A stretch of DNA of 63,164 nucleotides, the filler included, from Octopus bimaculoides (Eukaryota), in NCBI RefSeq assembly GCF_001194135.2. It is 4 parts of 4 records of this genome, joined end to end, with 100 filler letters (N's around TTAATTAATTAA, not from the genome) between each part and the next. Parts side by side here need not be neighbours in the genome. Positions count along the whole stretch, not along the records: positions 1 to 19,478 come from NC_068983.1; positions 19,579 to 39,072 come from NC_068991.1; 2 more parts are not named here. One strand, given 5' to 3'. Below are positions 14,440 to 27,078 of the stretch, piece by piece; within the stretch, counting starts at the first letter, position 1; each line of letters opens with the position of its first letter. The notes below the pieces were generated by a model. It saw only the letters and a program-made list of their open reading frames with translations. It was not told the DNA's origin and searched no databases. Position numbers and translations under genes: made by a program.

Positions 14440-14815
14440 ATTTGTTTCAGTCGATAGACTGCGGCCATGCTGGGGCACCACTTTCAAGAAACTTTTCTCG
14501 AATGAATCAACCTCAGTAGTTTTAGGGTGCTACTTATTCTATTGGCATATTTTAACGAACTGCTACGTTATGGTGATGTAAACAAACCAACACGGGCCGT
14601 CAATCAGTGTTGGGAGAGGGACAAAGACAGGCACAGAGACACAGACATATATATACGACGGGCGTCTTTCAGTTTCTCGCCACCAAATCATCTGACAATG
14701 CCTTGGTCGGCCCAACACTGTAGTAGAAGACACTTGCTCAAGGTGCCACGCTGTGAGACTGAAATCGTAACCACGTAGTTTGGAAGGAAACTTCTTACCA
14801 CACAGCCGTGTCTGC
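14440..14815 (-). mobile_element. SINE family A, full length
   Basis: Collinear reverse-complement match to the 8976-9398 copy. Confidence 0.8.
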
Positions 14816-15595
14816 ATCATCAATCACACAGTAAAGCACATTGCTCAGTGGTTTGGTTGACTCACTCATGATCACAATATAGTTTTTTTCGTTTCCGAGA
14901 CCGACTAGTGCCTTGTGTTCTCAAGGAAAACGCTTCATTTCATATTGTTTCATTGCATGCAGCTATATACGAGTAACCATGTAACATCCTGGCCTCACAT
15001 TCGGGACGAATACATAGATATCGATCACTTCTACGCTACGGAAATAGGGTAACCAGCCTTTGATTTTTATACTTGAGGCAATAACATTTAAGGGTTCTTA
15101 ACGGCACTGAGGATAACAGTTACTCTGAGAAAAATTACTAGTAATATTTTCTTGCCGAGTGTTAATACCTCAAGTCCACTGTCTTGCTTTCGACGAAAGC
15201 TATAAATCTTTCATTTATAGGACATATTTACTTAGAGAATTGTGTAGGTGTTATATGTATATAATAAATGTTTTTTATTTTCTTTTGCAAATAAACCATC
15301 GACGTCACGAGCATAGAAGAACTCAGGAAAAGGAAAACAAAAAAGACTGACAAAAAAAAACTGTTTAGAGTCGGAACAAAGCCAATTGTGCCGAGCTGAG
15401 AGAGTATTTGATTAAATTAAGCCTATTATGTTACCGCTACTTACTTTGTTCAACCTTGAGGATAAAAGTACAATGTAGACCTCAGGAGATTTTTCTATGT
15501 AGAAATATATATCAATATTAATCATTTAGTCGCCTTTTTTTCTCTGCATGGTGTCGATGCATGCATGTATGTATGTATGTATGTATGTATATACG

Positions 15596-15633
<38 letters not shown>

Positions 15634-15986
15634 TATACCTTTCTCTCTCTGTATATACATACATATGCATACATTCATATACACTCACATGAGTTTGGTT
15701 GGACAGATACACATGTATATATACATTTCTTTTTTAATCAATTGAAGTTAGAATATGAGTTTCATGCTTGGCACATAACGCATATATATATACATACGGG
15801 TGAGTGTACAACGAGAGGAGGCACTCAACACATTCGGTGGGTAGATATATTATTATTTAAAACTGTGACTAGGAGCCATGCAACTTAAAAAAATTTCGTA
15901 GGCTCCTTATAGGGATCTAGTCCGATCAGCTAGTTTCCTATAACGAGCCAAGGGCAATTAATGAGCCTGGGGCTGAACAAAACTGC

Positions 15987-16025
<39 letters not shown>

Positions 16026-16133
16026 TTAATAATATGGCACTCTTCTTTTAATTTTGACTCTATATCTTCAGGAGGAGTTACCTCAATCCTTTCTATATAA
16101 ACGAAAATGAAGTAGATTGACAAATTTATTTTT

Positions 16134-16174
16134 TGAACCAGTGGAAGACACGCAAGATGTCGAAATATTGTTCA
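16134..16174 (+). ncRNA. Minimal type I hammerhead-ribozyme-like motif with variant core
   Basis: Stem I TGAAC/GTTCA, core CAGTGGA (vs CUGANGA), extra A, stem II GACA/TGTC, GAAA, palindromic stem III ATAT, then T as the cleavage-site H. Confidence 0.4.
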
Positions 16175-16205
16175 CGAGATAGCAAATGGCACTCTTCTTT
16201 TAATT

Positions 16206-16268
<63 letters not shown>

Positions 16269-16419
16269 TTAATAATAATGATAATAGTTAGGAGAGTATT
16301 GTAGTTCGCTTGAAGCATTGTATATTGTTTGTAAAGAATAAAAAGTTTTGAATGGTACAACAATGCACTATAATACAAAAAAATGGACTATATACCTGTT
16401 GTAATTTAGTTATCTATAA

Positions 16420-16740
16420 TAGTGTTTAGTGGTTTGTGTACTCGGCTGACGACCTTAACGTCCTCATTTCGATTTCCGGTAGCGAGTTGTGTCCTCGAGC
16501 GTGTCACTTTACTTCACGTTGCTTCACGTTGCTCGATTCCAGTCAGATAGCAAAAAAATAGTTTTATCTGTAATTCAAAGCATCCGCCTTGTTACATTCT
16601 GTGTTGTGTTGTTAAACCTCCCTTAGAACTATGTTATGGCTGTGCGTGTCTGCGGAGTACGCAACCACTTGCACATTAATTAATTTCACATTAATTCATT
16701 TCTATGGATCAACTAGAACACTTGTTGTAACAGACAGATG
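16420..16740 (+). mobile_element. SINE family C, diverged copy
   Basis: Collinear with 2256-2570 (TAGTGGTT..TTGTGTCCTCGAG..GAACTATGTTATGG..GGATCAACTAGAAC). Confidence 0.75.
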
Positions 16741-17500
16741 GATCCTTATAGAGTCAAATTCGAATGTAGCGCTTAGGATGACATTTGCCGAGACATAACT
16801 TTTTAAAAAGAAAACGTGCGTCTTATATGCCATCAATACACTTAACTAAATAATTAACTCGTGGAGCGATTACCGTAAGTCTTTTTCTCCGGTGAAGTTT
16901 ACAGATATCCAGATACTTACTAATCATATCAGCGTTAATTTTTCTGCCGACAACAGATGAAAGATTAAGATTATTACATATTTAAAACGCATTTACAGTG
17001 AGGATAATTTGTGAATATTTTCCAGAAATCATATAGCTTATATTTAAATCTTTATAAAACCCTTTCGCAGTGCAGGCAAAGTGACTCGCAAGCTAGACTG
17101 GTCTGTTCAGCTAAGTCTAAGGTTGTATAAAAAATAGTTAAAAGCTATCATCCTGTCTGAAGAGATGCTTTAGTTCTTTTTTTTTCTGATTAAAACTTGA
17201 CAAGACTTGTGATGAGTATAGTTTAATAAAACTATTTTGACAACATGGATGCAAAACCCAGATTGTAAAGAATACTTAATTTAAACATACACACACACAA
17301 ACACGCAAGTATATACATACATACACATGCATACACATACACCGATTCACACTTTGATATATGCGACAAAAGGAGTATTAAATTAAAATAGCTATCTGTG
17401 TGTCAAACTTAATGTAGATATTTCGCGAAAGGCAAATTGAATGCGGGAATAATAACTCTTAAGGACACACTGTGTTTATATATATATATGTATATACATA

Positions 17501-17561
<61 letters not shown>

Positions 17562-17778
17562 NNNNNNNNNNNNNNNNNNNNNNNNNNNNNNNNNNNNNNN
17601 NNNNNNNNNNNNNNNNNNNNNNNNNNNNNNNNNNNNNNNNNNNNNNNNNNNNNNNNNNNNNNNNNNNNNNNNNNNNNNNNNNNNNNNNNNNNNNNNNNNN
17701 NNNNNNNNNNNNNNNNNNNNNNNNNNNNNNNNNNNNNNNNNNNNNNNNNNNNNNNNNNNNNNNNNNNNNNNNNNNNNN

Positions 17779-17823
<45 letters not shown>

Positions 17824-18614
17824 TTGTCACTCCTCAGCATAAATTTCTATATTTTATTTCCTTCGTAGCCTCCAATTTATTGAATTTATTTGATTTTTAA
17901 TCTTTACTTGTAAACTAATTACCTAATTAATATAAATTAAAACATATTTTTCCTTCCTGGCCTGCAAACCATTAATTTTAAGCTAATTTTCTGCACAATC
18001 CCATCCACTCTACAAATATAAATTCCCACCCAGAATAATCGAAGAGTAATTTAGAATCCATTAATTTTACAAATTACTTCGACAGATAATTGTGTTTACT
18101 TTTATTTACAAGATAAGCCGGTTAATAATGAATTTCCTGAAAAAGCTTTCCTTTTCGTTTCCATAAGCTATAGCTGCACCAATAAGTTGTTTAACTTAAA
18201 TTGTTTCACAATATTGTTTATCAATTATTTTTATAGCTTGAATCTCACTTATTCATCTGCTGAGTTGCATTTCGTACACCCAACCGTATATTCTCTAAAA
18301 TAACTGCAACAATTAATACACCTTTATATTCTTCTACTTAAGATGCACCTGAAGACATGGGAATCAGACGCACTGAACAAACGCCGTTAGAGAAGATCTT
18401 CTTACCAAGCCCTCTCTTTGAGACAGCTTCAAACTTTGAGCTCCAGACTTTGAGGCAGCTTCAGTCAACATGATGAAGGGGGAAAAAGATCCCAGCGTAG
18501 AAAAATGACTCCACATCCATTTCGGAAGATGCTGATTCCGAGAATGGCAAGAAAGAAGAGCAAGATGGCTAATGAAAATATGGTAGCAGCAGCGCCAAGA
18601 GAGCATCGTACTTA

Positions 18615-18686
18615 TTCTACAAACGTGCTTTTGCTTGAAGTAGAAACTAGGAGAAATAAGAAGTGTCTGCTCATCAGGGCCGAATC
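18615..18686 (-). ncRNA. Degenerate hammerhead-like motif downstream of a PLE remnant
   Basis: Minus strand CTGATGA-GC...GC-AAAA-GCACGTT: perfect CUGAUGA, GAAA decayed to AAAA, weak stem I. Confidence 0.28.
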
Positions 18687-18899
18687 ACCAACTGGAAGAC
18701 ACAATGGTATGAACGGTCATGCGCACTCGCACACACACATACATGCTTATTCATGTATATGTACATATGTATATATGCATGCATATTCATGCGCTCGTGC
18801 ACATGGGTACTTTCACACGCGCGGATGCATGAGTGTACATGCACATAACAAGCTTTGGTGATTGGTAAGTGTTGGGGATTAGTAATTGGCGGTCCTGCT

Positions 18900-19180
18900 G
18901 ATAGGGTTGGTTGGTGACGGTGACACTGTTGGTAGTGAGAAGCTAGCAATTTACCAGAAGGGCATATCTCTGCTGACAGTAATAATATGATCGTATTTCT
19001 TGTTGATGGATACTGCGGGTTGTTGGAGGAAATGCAATTTTACTCGGAAGCAGAGCTGGCAGTGGGGGGTAGAGGTAGAAGGCTGCCGGGTTTATATGGT
19101 GGTAGCGCTTTATTGACAATAGTCCACTTGATGCTGGGCGTTTCATCTTTCTTGGAAACTACGGAGTATCCTATACATAT
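18900..19180 (-). mobile_element. Penelope-like GIY-YIG C-terminal remnant (second family)
   Basis: TPSIKWTIVNKALPPYKPGS / CQLCFRVKLHFLQQPAVSINKK resembles the PLE tail pattern I.W.I..KA..Y.PG...C.LC..EK......LNKR. Confidence 0.6.
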
Positions 19181-19194
19181 ATATATACTCTTTT

Positions 19195-19460
19195 ACTCTT
19201 TTACTTGTTTCAGTCATTTGACTGCGGCCATGCTGGAGCACTGCCTTTAGTCGAGCAAATCGACCCCAGGACTTATTCTTTTTAAGCCTATTACTTATTC
19301 TATCAATCCCTTTTGCCGAACCGCTATATTACGGGGACGTAAACACACCAACATCGGTTGTCAAGCGATGTTGTGGGGACAAACACAGACACACAAATAC
19401 ACACACAAACATATATATATACATATACATATATACGACGGGCTTCTTTGAGTTTCCGTC
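19195..19460 (-). mobile_element. SINE family A, 3' portion ending near a gap
   Basis: TTTCAGTCATTTGACTGCGGCCATGCTGGAGCAC..TATATACGACGGGCTTCTTT. Confidence 0.85.
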
Positions 19461-19478
19461 TCATTCCCATATATTCCC

Positions 19479-19578
19479 NNNNNNNNNNNNNNNNNNNNNN
19501 NNNNNNNNNNNNNNNNNNNNNNTTAATTAATTAANNNNNNNNNNNNNNNNNNNNNNNNNNNNNNNNNNNNNNNNNNNN
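19479..19578. other. Artificial 100-bp scaffold spacer (N44-TTAATTAATTAA-N44)
   Basis: Identical layout at 39073-39172 and 61727-61826; the 12-mer puts stop codons in all six frames. Confidence 0.9.
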
Positions 19579-19760
19579 TCAACGAAGAGAAGACGTATGG
19601 GAAGCTAGCTGGATAGAGGTATCAACGAAGAGAAGACGTATGGGAAGCTAGCTGGATAGAGGTATCAACGAAGAGAAGACGTATGGGAAGCTAGCTGGAT
19701 AGAGGTATCAACGAAGAGAAGACGTATGGGAAGCAAGCTGGATAGAGGTATCAACGAAGA
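19579..19760. repeat. 43-bp minisatellite, about 4.2 copies
   Basis: TCAACGAAGAGAAGACGTATGGGAAGCTAGCTGGATAGAGGTA repeated head to tail with one substitution in copy 4. Confidence 0.95.
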
Positions 19761-20313
19761 TAGGCGGAGACGGAGATAGGCTGATAGAGCAGTAGACTGA
19801 TTGTGAAAATAAGTGTGAGACGCAGAGCAGACACATTATAGGGAGAAACAGAATAAGCAGAAAGAAATGGACAGGGATACATAGTTAATTAAAATAAACA
19901 TATCAATTCCGACCACATTCTACAAAGCCCAGTATGGAACATACCAGGACGTGTGACCCATCGTTACCTATTCCCTTCAACATAACAATATAGGATTTCT
20001 TCTATGACAAATTCTTTACTCGTAGAATATTATCAGCAACATACATAGACAGGTATCTCAAAAAATATCATTCCAATTAGTATTAAACTGCAGTCATCTA
20101 GTGACAGGTGTGAATCAGATATTCACAGCGATTGCAATTTGATTCCAGTTCTAATTTCAATAAGAGGCTCTGTTTGACTTCTGTTTTGACACTGATAAGA
20201 AGGGGAAAACATTTCCATCTATCGTATTCGCTCACCCATTCAAATATTTTGACACACGTATTTCTCTCACACATATATAGAATGAAATAAATTTGCTTAA
20301 ATATTGGCGTTTA

Positions 20314-20520
20314 AATAAGGCAGCGAGCCTACAGAAACGTTAGTACGCCGGACGAAACACTTAGCAGTATTTCGTCTGTCCTTACGTTCTTAGTTCAAAT
20401 TCCTCCTTTCTCCCTTTCGGGGTCAAAAAATTAAGTACCAGTTGCATACTGGGGTCGATCTAATCGACTGGCGCACTCCCCAAAGATTTCGGGCCTTGCA
20501 CCTAGAGTAGAAAAGAATAT
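20314..20520 (+). mobile_element. SINE family B
   Basis: Collinear with 4977-5193. Confidence 0.8.
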
Positions 20521-20809
20521 TGGCGTTTAAGTTTTTGATAGTCTTTTAAACTCTTTCTCATGTGGAACCTCAATCTTGATTCATCATTTCTTTTTTTGCT
20601 TGTCTCGGTGAATTTTAGAATTAATGATTATTCTTCATTAAAAGAACGATGGTTGATTGGATTGGTGCTCATGTCTAGGCGAACACTTGTCTGGAATTTG
20701 TCTCTGATAACAGAATTTTCAACATTTGAGATGTCATATTTTATTTGAGACAGTAAGAATAATTAGTTTACACACACACACACACACACATCGATTCTAT
20801 CACTTTTCC

Positions 20810-21115
20810 TTCTTAAGTCTGGTGCTTATTCTGCCTTTTTCTTTTGTCGAATTGCTAGGTTACTTAGAGGTAAACACACCGTCAACGGTTGTCTAACGGT
20901 GGTGTGGGGCCAAACACAGACTCACACACACACAGATATACATATAAATATATATACGGTGTGCTTCTTTCAGTTTCCTTCTACTAAATCCATTCACAAG
21001 GCTTTGGTCGACCAAAGGCTAAAGCAGTTGACACTTGCCGAAGGTGCCACACAGTTGGACTGAACCCGAAATCATATGGTCGAGAAACAAGCTTCTTACC
21101 ACACAGCCACAAACA
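20810..21115 (-). mobile_element. SINE family A copy
   Basis: Collinear with other A copies; head ends CTTCTTACCACACAGCCAC. Confidence 0.8.
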
Positions 21116-21269
21116 CGTGTGTATGTGTGTGTGTATGTGAGAGAGAGTATATAGAAATATATATTGTATAACGATATAAATTCTTAGTATTATATAATAC
21201 GTATTATATACATATATATATTTGTATAGATACAAATATAAATTTCACGTATTAAAAACGATTAAAGAC

Positions 21270-21586
21270 CGCATTTCGGTCATGAATAACCATAGGATAG
21301 CATCTAGAAAGTTCCCATCCGCGTCACAAGTCCGGTCAAGGTTGTTTATGGAAAACAGCAGTTGCCTCCCCTCTCCACGCCACGGATGTTATCGAAGGAA
21401 AAGGCAATACCGATACAGCTTAGCACTAATGATGTCGCTACTCATTTTTACAACTGAATGAATTCGAACGACGTGAAATAAAGTATCTTGCTGAAAAACA
21501 CAACACAGAGCCAGGTCCGGGAATCGAACTCGCTATCACATGGTTGTGAGCCCGACGCTCTAACCACTGAGCTATGCGTCTTCACA
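21270..21586 (-). mobile_element. SINE with C-like head and a different tail (family D)
   Basis: Reverse complement GCATAGCTCAGTGGTTAGAGCG..GAGTTCGATTCCCGG (strong box A/B), then TTGTG..AGCAAGATACTTTATTTCACG shared with family C; tail unrelated. Confidence 0.75.
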
Positions 21587-21713
21587 AATTTCAGGTGTAA
21601 ATATTTTATTTATTTCACGTATTGATATGTATATATGTAAATATATACGTACAAACACATTTATATGCATATACATATGCATACACACACTTATACAAAC
21701 GAACACATATATA

Positions 21714-22120
21714 TTGGGTCATCCCATAAATAATGCGGTTTTTTATACTTTCATTTTTCACAATTAAGATAAACAAAATTCCCTTTTTATCTAAAATATA
21801 CTCTCCTTCATTTTCTACAATGCTCTTCTATCTATCTGGTAGACTTTGCAAGGCCCCTCTTCCAAAATTCACTTGTCCGTGACGATAAACACTCTTCCAG
21901 TATTGTTCTGACCTCGTCTACAGAATTCATATTTTTTCCTTCCAAATGATTTTCAAGACTGCGGAATAAATGATAATAAGATGGGGCAATGTCCGGCAAA
22001 TATGGTGGGTGGGGCATCATTTCGCATTCAAACCCATTTCGCATTAAGCCCATTTCATTCACACTGTCACTTTTATGGTACAAACCGAACAAAAGTACAT
22101 TGTTTATATATAACATGTAG
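21714..22120 (-). mobile_element. mariner transposase C-terminal fragment with 3' TIR
   Basis: MPHPPYLPDIAPSYYHLFRSLENHLEGK..EFWKRGL (YSPDLAP motif). Terminal TA-TTGGGTCATCCCATAAATAATGCGG at 21712-21738 is a mariner-type TIR with TA target. Confidence 0.9.
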
Positions 22121-22385
22121 TTATATAATCAAATATTGTTGTATACAAAATGAAAGCGAAACAAAACAAACCGATATGTAACTATTTAAAAGCAATGTAA
22201 TCTTAGTAGTACTTATGTTGAAAAGTAAGATAAAGTATATTTACTATTGTTAAAGTAATGAAATATTAATTCTCTGTAGAACGCCGGCAGAACACACACC
22301 AGCTGAAATTGTAAAATTTAAAACAGTCAACTATAAGGTGCAAAACAGTTGCTTACAGGACATGCAGTTAATATTTAAAATAATC

Positions 22386-22603
22386 AATAGGTGGCGAACT
22401 GACAGAATTCTTAGCACGCCGGCTAAAGTGCTTCGCGGCATTTCGTCTGTCTTTACGTTCTGAGTTCAAATTCCGCCGAAGTCTACGCTGCCTTTCATCG
22501 TTTCGGAGTCGATAAAATAAGTACCAGTTGAGCACTGGGGTCGACATAATCGACTCATCCCCTCCCTCAAAATTACTGGCCTTGCGCGAAATTTGAATCC
22601 AAT
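22386..22603 (+). mobile_element. SINE family B
   Basis: Collinear with 4977-5193; box B-like GAGTTCAAATTCC. Confidence 0.85.
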
Positions 22604-23093
22604 ATTAAAAAGCAATGATGAATTAATGAAGAATATTAAATGAAAAAAAGACAATGAAACATAAGCTGTAACAATAAGAGCGAATCTTATTCCCTTAATT
22701 GTTTCAACACAAAACGTTGACAGCAACTGAAACGGGTTTAAAATAAAATATTATCAGTATTAAAAAAAAAGAAGGAAGAAAACACTATTAATGGTAATAA
22801 ATGTGTAAGAAAAGAAAGAACAATGAAAATTTTTGAATTGCTTATATCACACGCAAATAGGAAATGAAGTTGTTGCGATATTTGGATGTTTGCCAAGTAG
22901 AAACTTTAAATGAGAAGTTACTTGAGTTTGCGCTTGTGCATAAATTGTCGTCTGGTCATGAACATTTCACTCCGGTCGGGGACAATATGAAAGATGCTAC
23001 TGTAAATCATTGTGCTTGCATTACGGAATTCCCTGGTAAACATGTATTTTTAAAATAATATCGAACGCGCGCGCGCGCACTCACACATAGGCG

Positions 23094-23127
<34 letters not shown>

Positions 23128-24208
23128 TTAACCAAATAAGAAGACAAAGAAAGAGTTTATCACATCTTTCATGACCAGTTAGAATTGTTTCTGCCCCAAC
23201 AATTTTCAACATCAATTCACGCTAATTCACATGAAACTTTGAAAATAATGTTGATACAGAAACAATTTTAACTGGTCTTTAACGAATATGTCAAGCTCTT
23301 TCTTTATCTTATTTCGATTATATTTTGTTGTTCGCTAACCTTATGCAATGGCTTTACCGTCTTGACACCTGAATTTTCTACAACTTAAGAGTGTGGATAG
23401 CCTAAACTTCAGATTGATTGCTTCATTGGAAACATCTCATGTTTCTAGCCTTCCAGGATCCTCTGTGTGTGTATGTGTATGTGCATGTGTGCGTGTGCGC
23501 GCAGGCGTGTGTGTCCGCGCGAGTGTATAGCTAGGTACCTGTACCATCGGTCTCTCATCCTACTTAAATAAAATATTCAGGAATGTGAGGCGGTGATTGC
23601 AGGGGATTCACAGGATTGGTAGAGTATCAAACAAAAAGGCCAGGCGAAATTCAAGTTCAGGATTTTATGGTCTGAGTTCCAACCCCTTTACCTTTTTTCA
23701 CCCTCCCCAGGATCAATAATCTTTCAATATGTGATCATTTGCCATGTAATACTACCCCAACCATAAATTATGCGGCTGTGAGATTTTGTTAGAAATCAAT
23801 ATTTGTCTCTCACAGGAAGCGTTTTCTTTTATTTATTTTTATCTTTATCTTATTTTCTATAGATTTACTTTTGATTTAAATTTTATATGTCGGCATGTTA
23901 ACAGGTTTCGGCATGTTCAGTGTCCTCACAATCAATAAGGAAAAGTAATATACATATAAATAACAAACAAAAAAGAAATGAGAAAACGACAGCGAAATAT
24001 TCACATGTCGTTGCAAGTATAATAATACAATAACTTAAGCCGAATCCTGTGATCTCAGTCGAAATATTTCAGTAAACATGAACGAGTATTTACCGGGAAT
24101 AGTGTGATAATCAAGTAAATAAACAATCATGAGCATTCCACACTACCTTACATCGTAGTATAAGCAACGTATGTAAGAATGTTCACACATAGACATTCGT
24201 AAGCACAT

Positions 24209-24264
<56 letters not shown>

Positions 24265-26784
24265 ACACATTTATAGACAGCATATTTGTTTTCCTCGAAA
24301 GAGAAACTCCACACATATATGGCACATTTTAATATTGATGAAATAATAAAAGCCCAGTATATTTAATGACTGTTTAATGGTCCTGTTCAGAATTGATATG
24401 ACGAGCTGCAGAGAGTAATTCCCTCAGCAAAACTAGGCGATGCAGCTTGTTCTAATTTTATTCAAGCCAGATCACTGCGTTTCCCTAAAACTCGATAGCT
24501 TTCGTTTCAGATTCATTATTTACAGGAAGACATAGCTTGCGATTTGAACCTTACAACCTTCCAAGAGTTAAGGGATCTTTTTCATATCAGCATGAAAGAC
24601 TGAAACCATATAATATTCCTGTTGGGTGTTTTGAAGCACCAGGTGAAGTTTAAAAAGTGTACGAAAGGTAAATGAAATTTTAAGTACATTGTCAGGGAAA
24701 AATAGGATGGTCACGGGTGGAACACTTTTGTTAATAAAACTTATCGTTCAGCATTGACCGGAAACTAAACAATAAGAACAGCACAATTCAAATTCTCTAT
24801 TCAAAGTGAATTAACTCGGTTTTCGAATATGAAACTCCAGAATATTGGAGAGGATAGATTTTACTAATTACTTGGAATGTTTGTTAAAATCAGTGTTCAA
24901 TATTGTGCTGTAATTTTTAACTTGCCCTAATGGGAATAGGGAAACAGCAAAAATATGTACTTTGAACTTATGATACCATGACAAACTCGGTAGCTACTAC
25001 ACAGTGTCCAAGTTTTTTTCGAAACGATCATTTATTTTTAAGTAGCAATGGCTTAAGGATGGGTGGAGAAGAAAGATAACACCGTGAAAGATATTCGAGT
25101 ATTATTCTTTTTTTCTATAAATGTTTCAGTTTCAAGTATAGGAATCGTCATTAATAGCTTCATTATTCCACTGAACCATAACACACTGAGTGGTGGAAGT
25201 CAGCAATGAGCAATTATACATCATAACAACATGAAAATTTTGTGTGGCAATGGAAGTTGAGATTTCCAAATTTTTTTTTTTTAAATACTAAGGCGGTGCC
25301 CTTGTATGACCGCAGTCCGATGAATGAAAAAATGTGCCAAACATTCAGGACACAATTAAAACTCTCAATATACTGGCCTTACGATTTAAAATATAGAGAA
25401 GTTACAGTGATATCATCGAAAAGACTTTTCACAATTTAATATAAACATAAAGGAAATATAATTATCGGATGTACACAGAATTGCTCTTAGAAAAGAAATG
25501 ACATGGATAAGTCTCTAGTGTTATTGCATTTATTCTTTTAGTGAACTAGTCAGAGAGAAAAGCTAGAGCTCATGACTTTTGGAAAAAAGAAAGTCATTTT
25601 GAATCCAAAGAGGTAAAGAGAAGGCTTGCAACAGAGTGTACACGACAGGTGACTGATGACATCTACCCAATTATTGTTATAGACGATCTGACTTGCTTAC
25701 TCAACGTTTTCGTCGACCAAATTTTACTCATTTGTCTTAAGATCCTTGGGTAGAGCATTCTTCCAACGTGGAGCGTACTCTGAATCACATGACTGTGAAG
25801 CGAACTTCTAAACCACACCGGCATTCCTGAACCAATAATTATTTCATACATTTGTAGAAGGAAGACTAAAGTCGATTTAATCGACATAAACTAGAGTTCA
25901 GAACATAAAGAGGACATAATTAAACATTGCAAGGGTTTCGATCCACTTTTGCTGATTCTGCTCTTTATCGCTCTTTTTGTCCGCCATTCTGCTGGTTCTG
26001 CTCTCTACCACCGCTTCTATCATTAATAAAGTAACGATCTATAATAACGACTACATAAAAAGAAAGCAAAAAACAATATTTAGGAGAGCAGTGTGTCGAT
26101 TTATTTGGCCCCAAGGTCTGATCTGGTACTTATTTTATTGATTTCAGAAAGATCAAAGGCAAAGTAGAGAACGTTAAATGGACGGTCTGTCATTTTGTCA
26201 TGCTGTCTATTGATTCTGGCATTCACTGCTGTAGAACTATCGAAAATAATAGCATTTATATCTCTTATTCGCAATGAATGCAAACACCCAGACGCACACG
26301 CACAAACAAATACACACACACACTCACACAAAAACACACACGCTTGCAAAGTAACACACACGCACTGTAACACGCATTGTGTTAGAAATTCCTTCTAATT
26401 CTCTTCGTTTCATGTTTGTTATCCTCTCTCTCTTTTTCTCTCTCTCTTTCTTTCTCTCTCCCTTCCCCCTCTCTCTTTCTTTCTCTCTTACCGTTTCCCC
26501 CCTCTCTCTCTCTCTCTTTCTCACCCTCTTCCTCTCTCGCTTTCTCTTTCGTGTCTCACTGCCATGCCACGTCAATCTTTAAGAGCGGATGCTGAACTTC
26601 ACCTACTTTGAATAGCCCCTTATCGCTTACTTTTATCATGTCTATCCACTGGCCGCAAGTCTCTAAGACCCACCATTACGTCTATATCTGCTTCTTTATA
26701 AGTCTCTCCCCCTTTCTCGTCACTCCTCTCACCCTCCGTTTCTCTCTCTTATCCACTCTTACTCTCTGTCTGTTTCTCTCTCTA

Positions 26785-26841
<57 letters not shown>

Positions 26842-27045
26842 NNNNNNNNNNNNNNNNNNNNNNNNNNNNNNNNNNNNNNNNNNNNNNNNNNNNNNNNNNN
26901 NNNNNNNNNNNNNNNNNNNNNNNNNNNNNNNNNNNNNNNNNNNNNNNNNNNNNNNNNNNNNNNNNNNNNNNNNNNNNNNNNNNNNNNNNNNNNNNNNNNN
27001 NNNNNNNNNNNNNNNNNNNNNNNNNNNNNNNNNNNNNNNNNNNNN

Positions 27046-27078
<33 letters not shown>

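Noticed and set aside
18345-18460. TWESDALNKRR, resembling an RTE LINE C-terminus
   Set aside because: A single short motif; not enough to annotate.
19579-19760. 43-bp repeat considered as a CRISPR array
   Set aside because: Units are contiguous with no unique spacers, there are no cas genes, and the context is eukaryotic.
21510-21586. tRNA-like sequence with strong box A and box B
   Set aside because: It continues into SINE body sequence and I could not build a full cloverleaf; treated as a SINE head.
22864-23058. ORF LRYLD..ETLNEKLLEF, faintly hAT-transposase-like
   Set aside because: Too short and weak, with no supporting motifs or TIRs.
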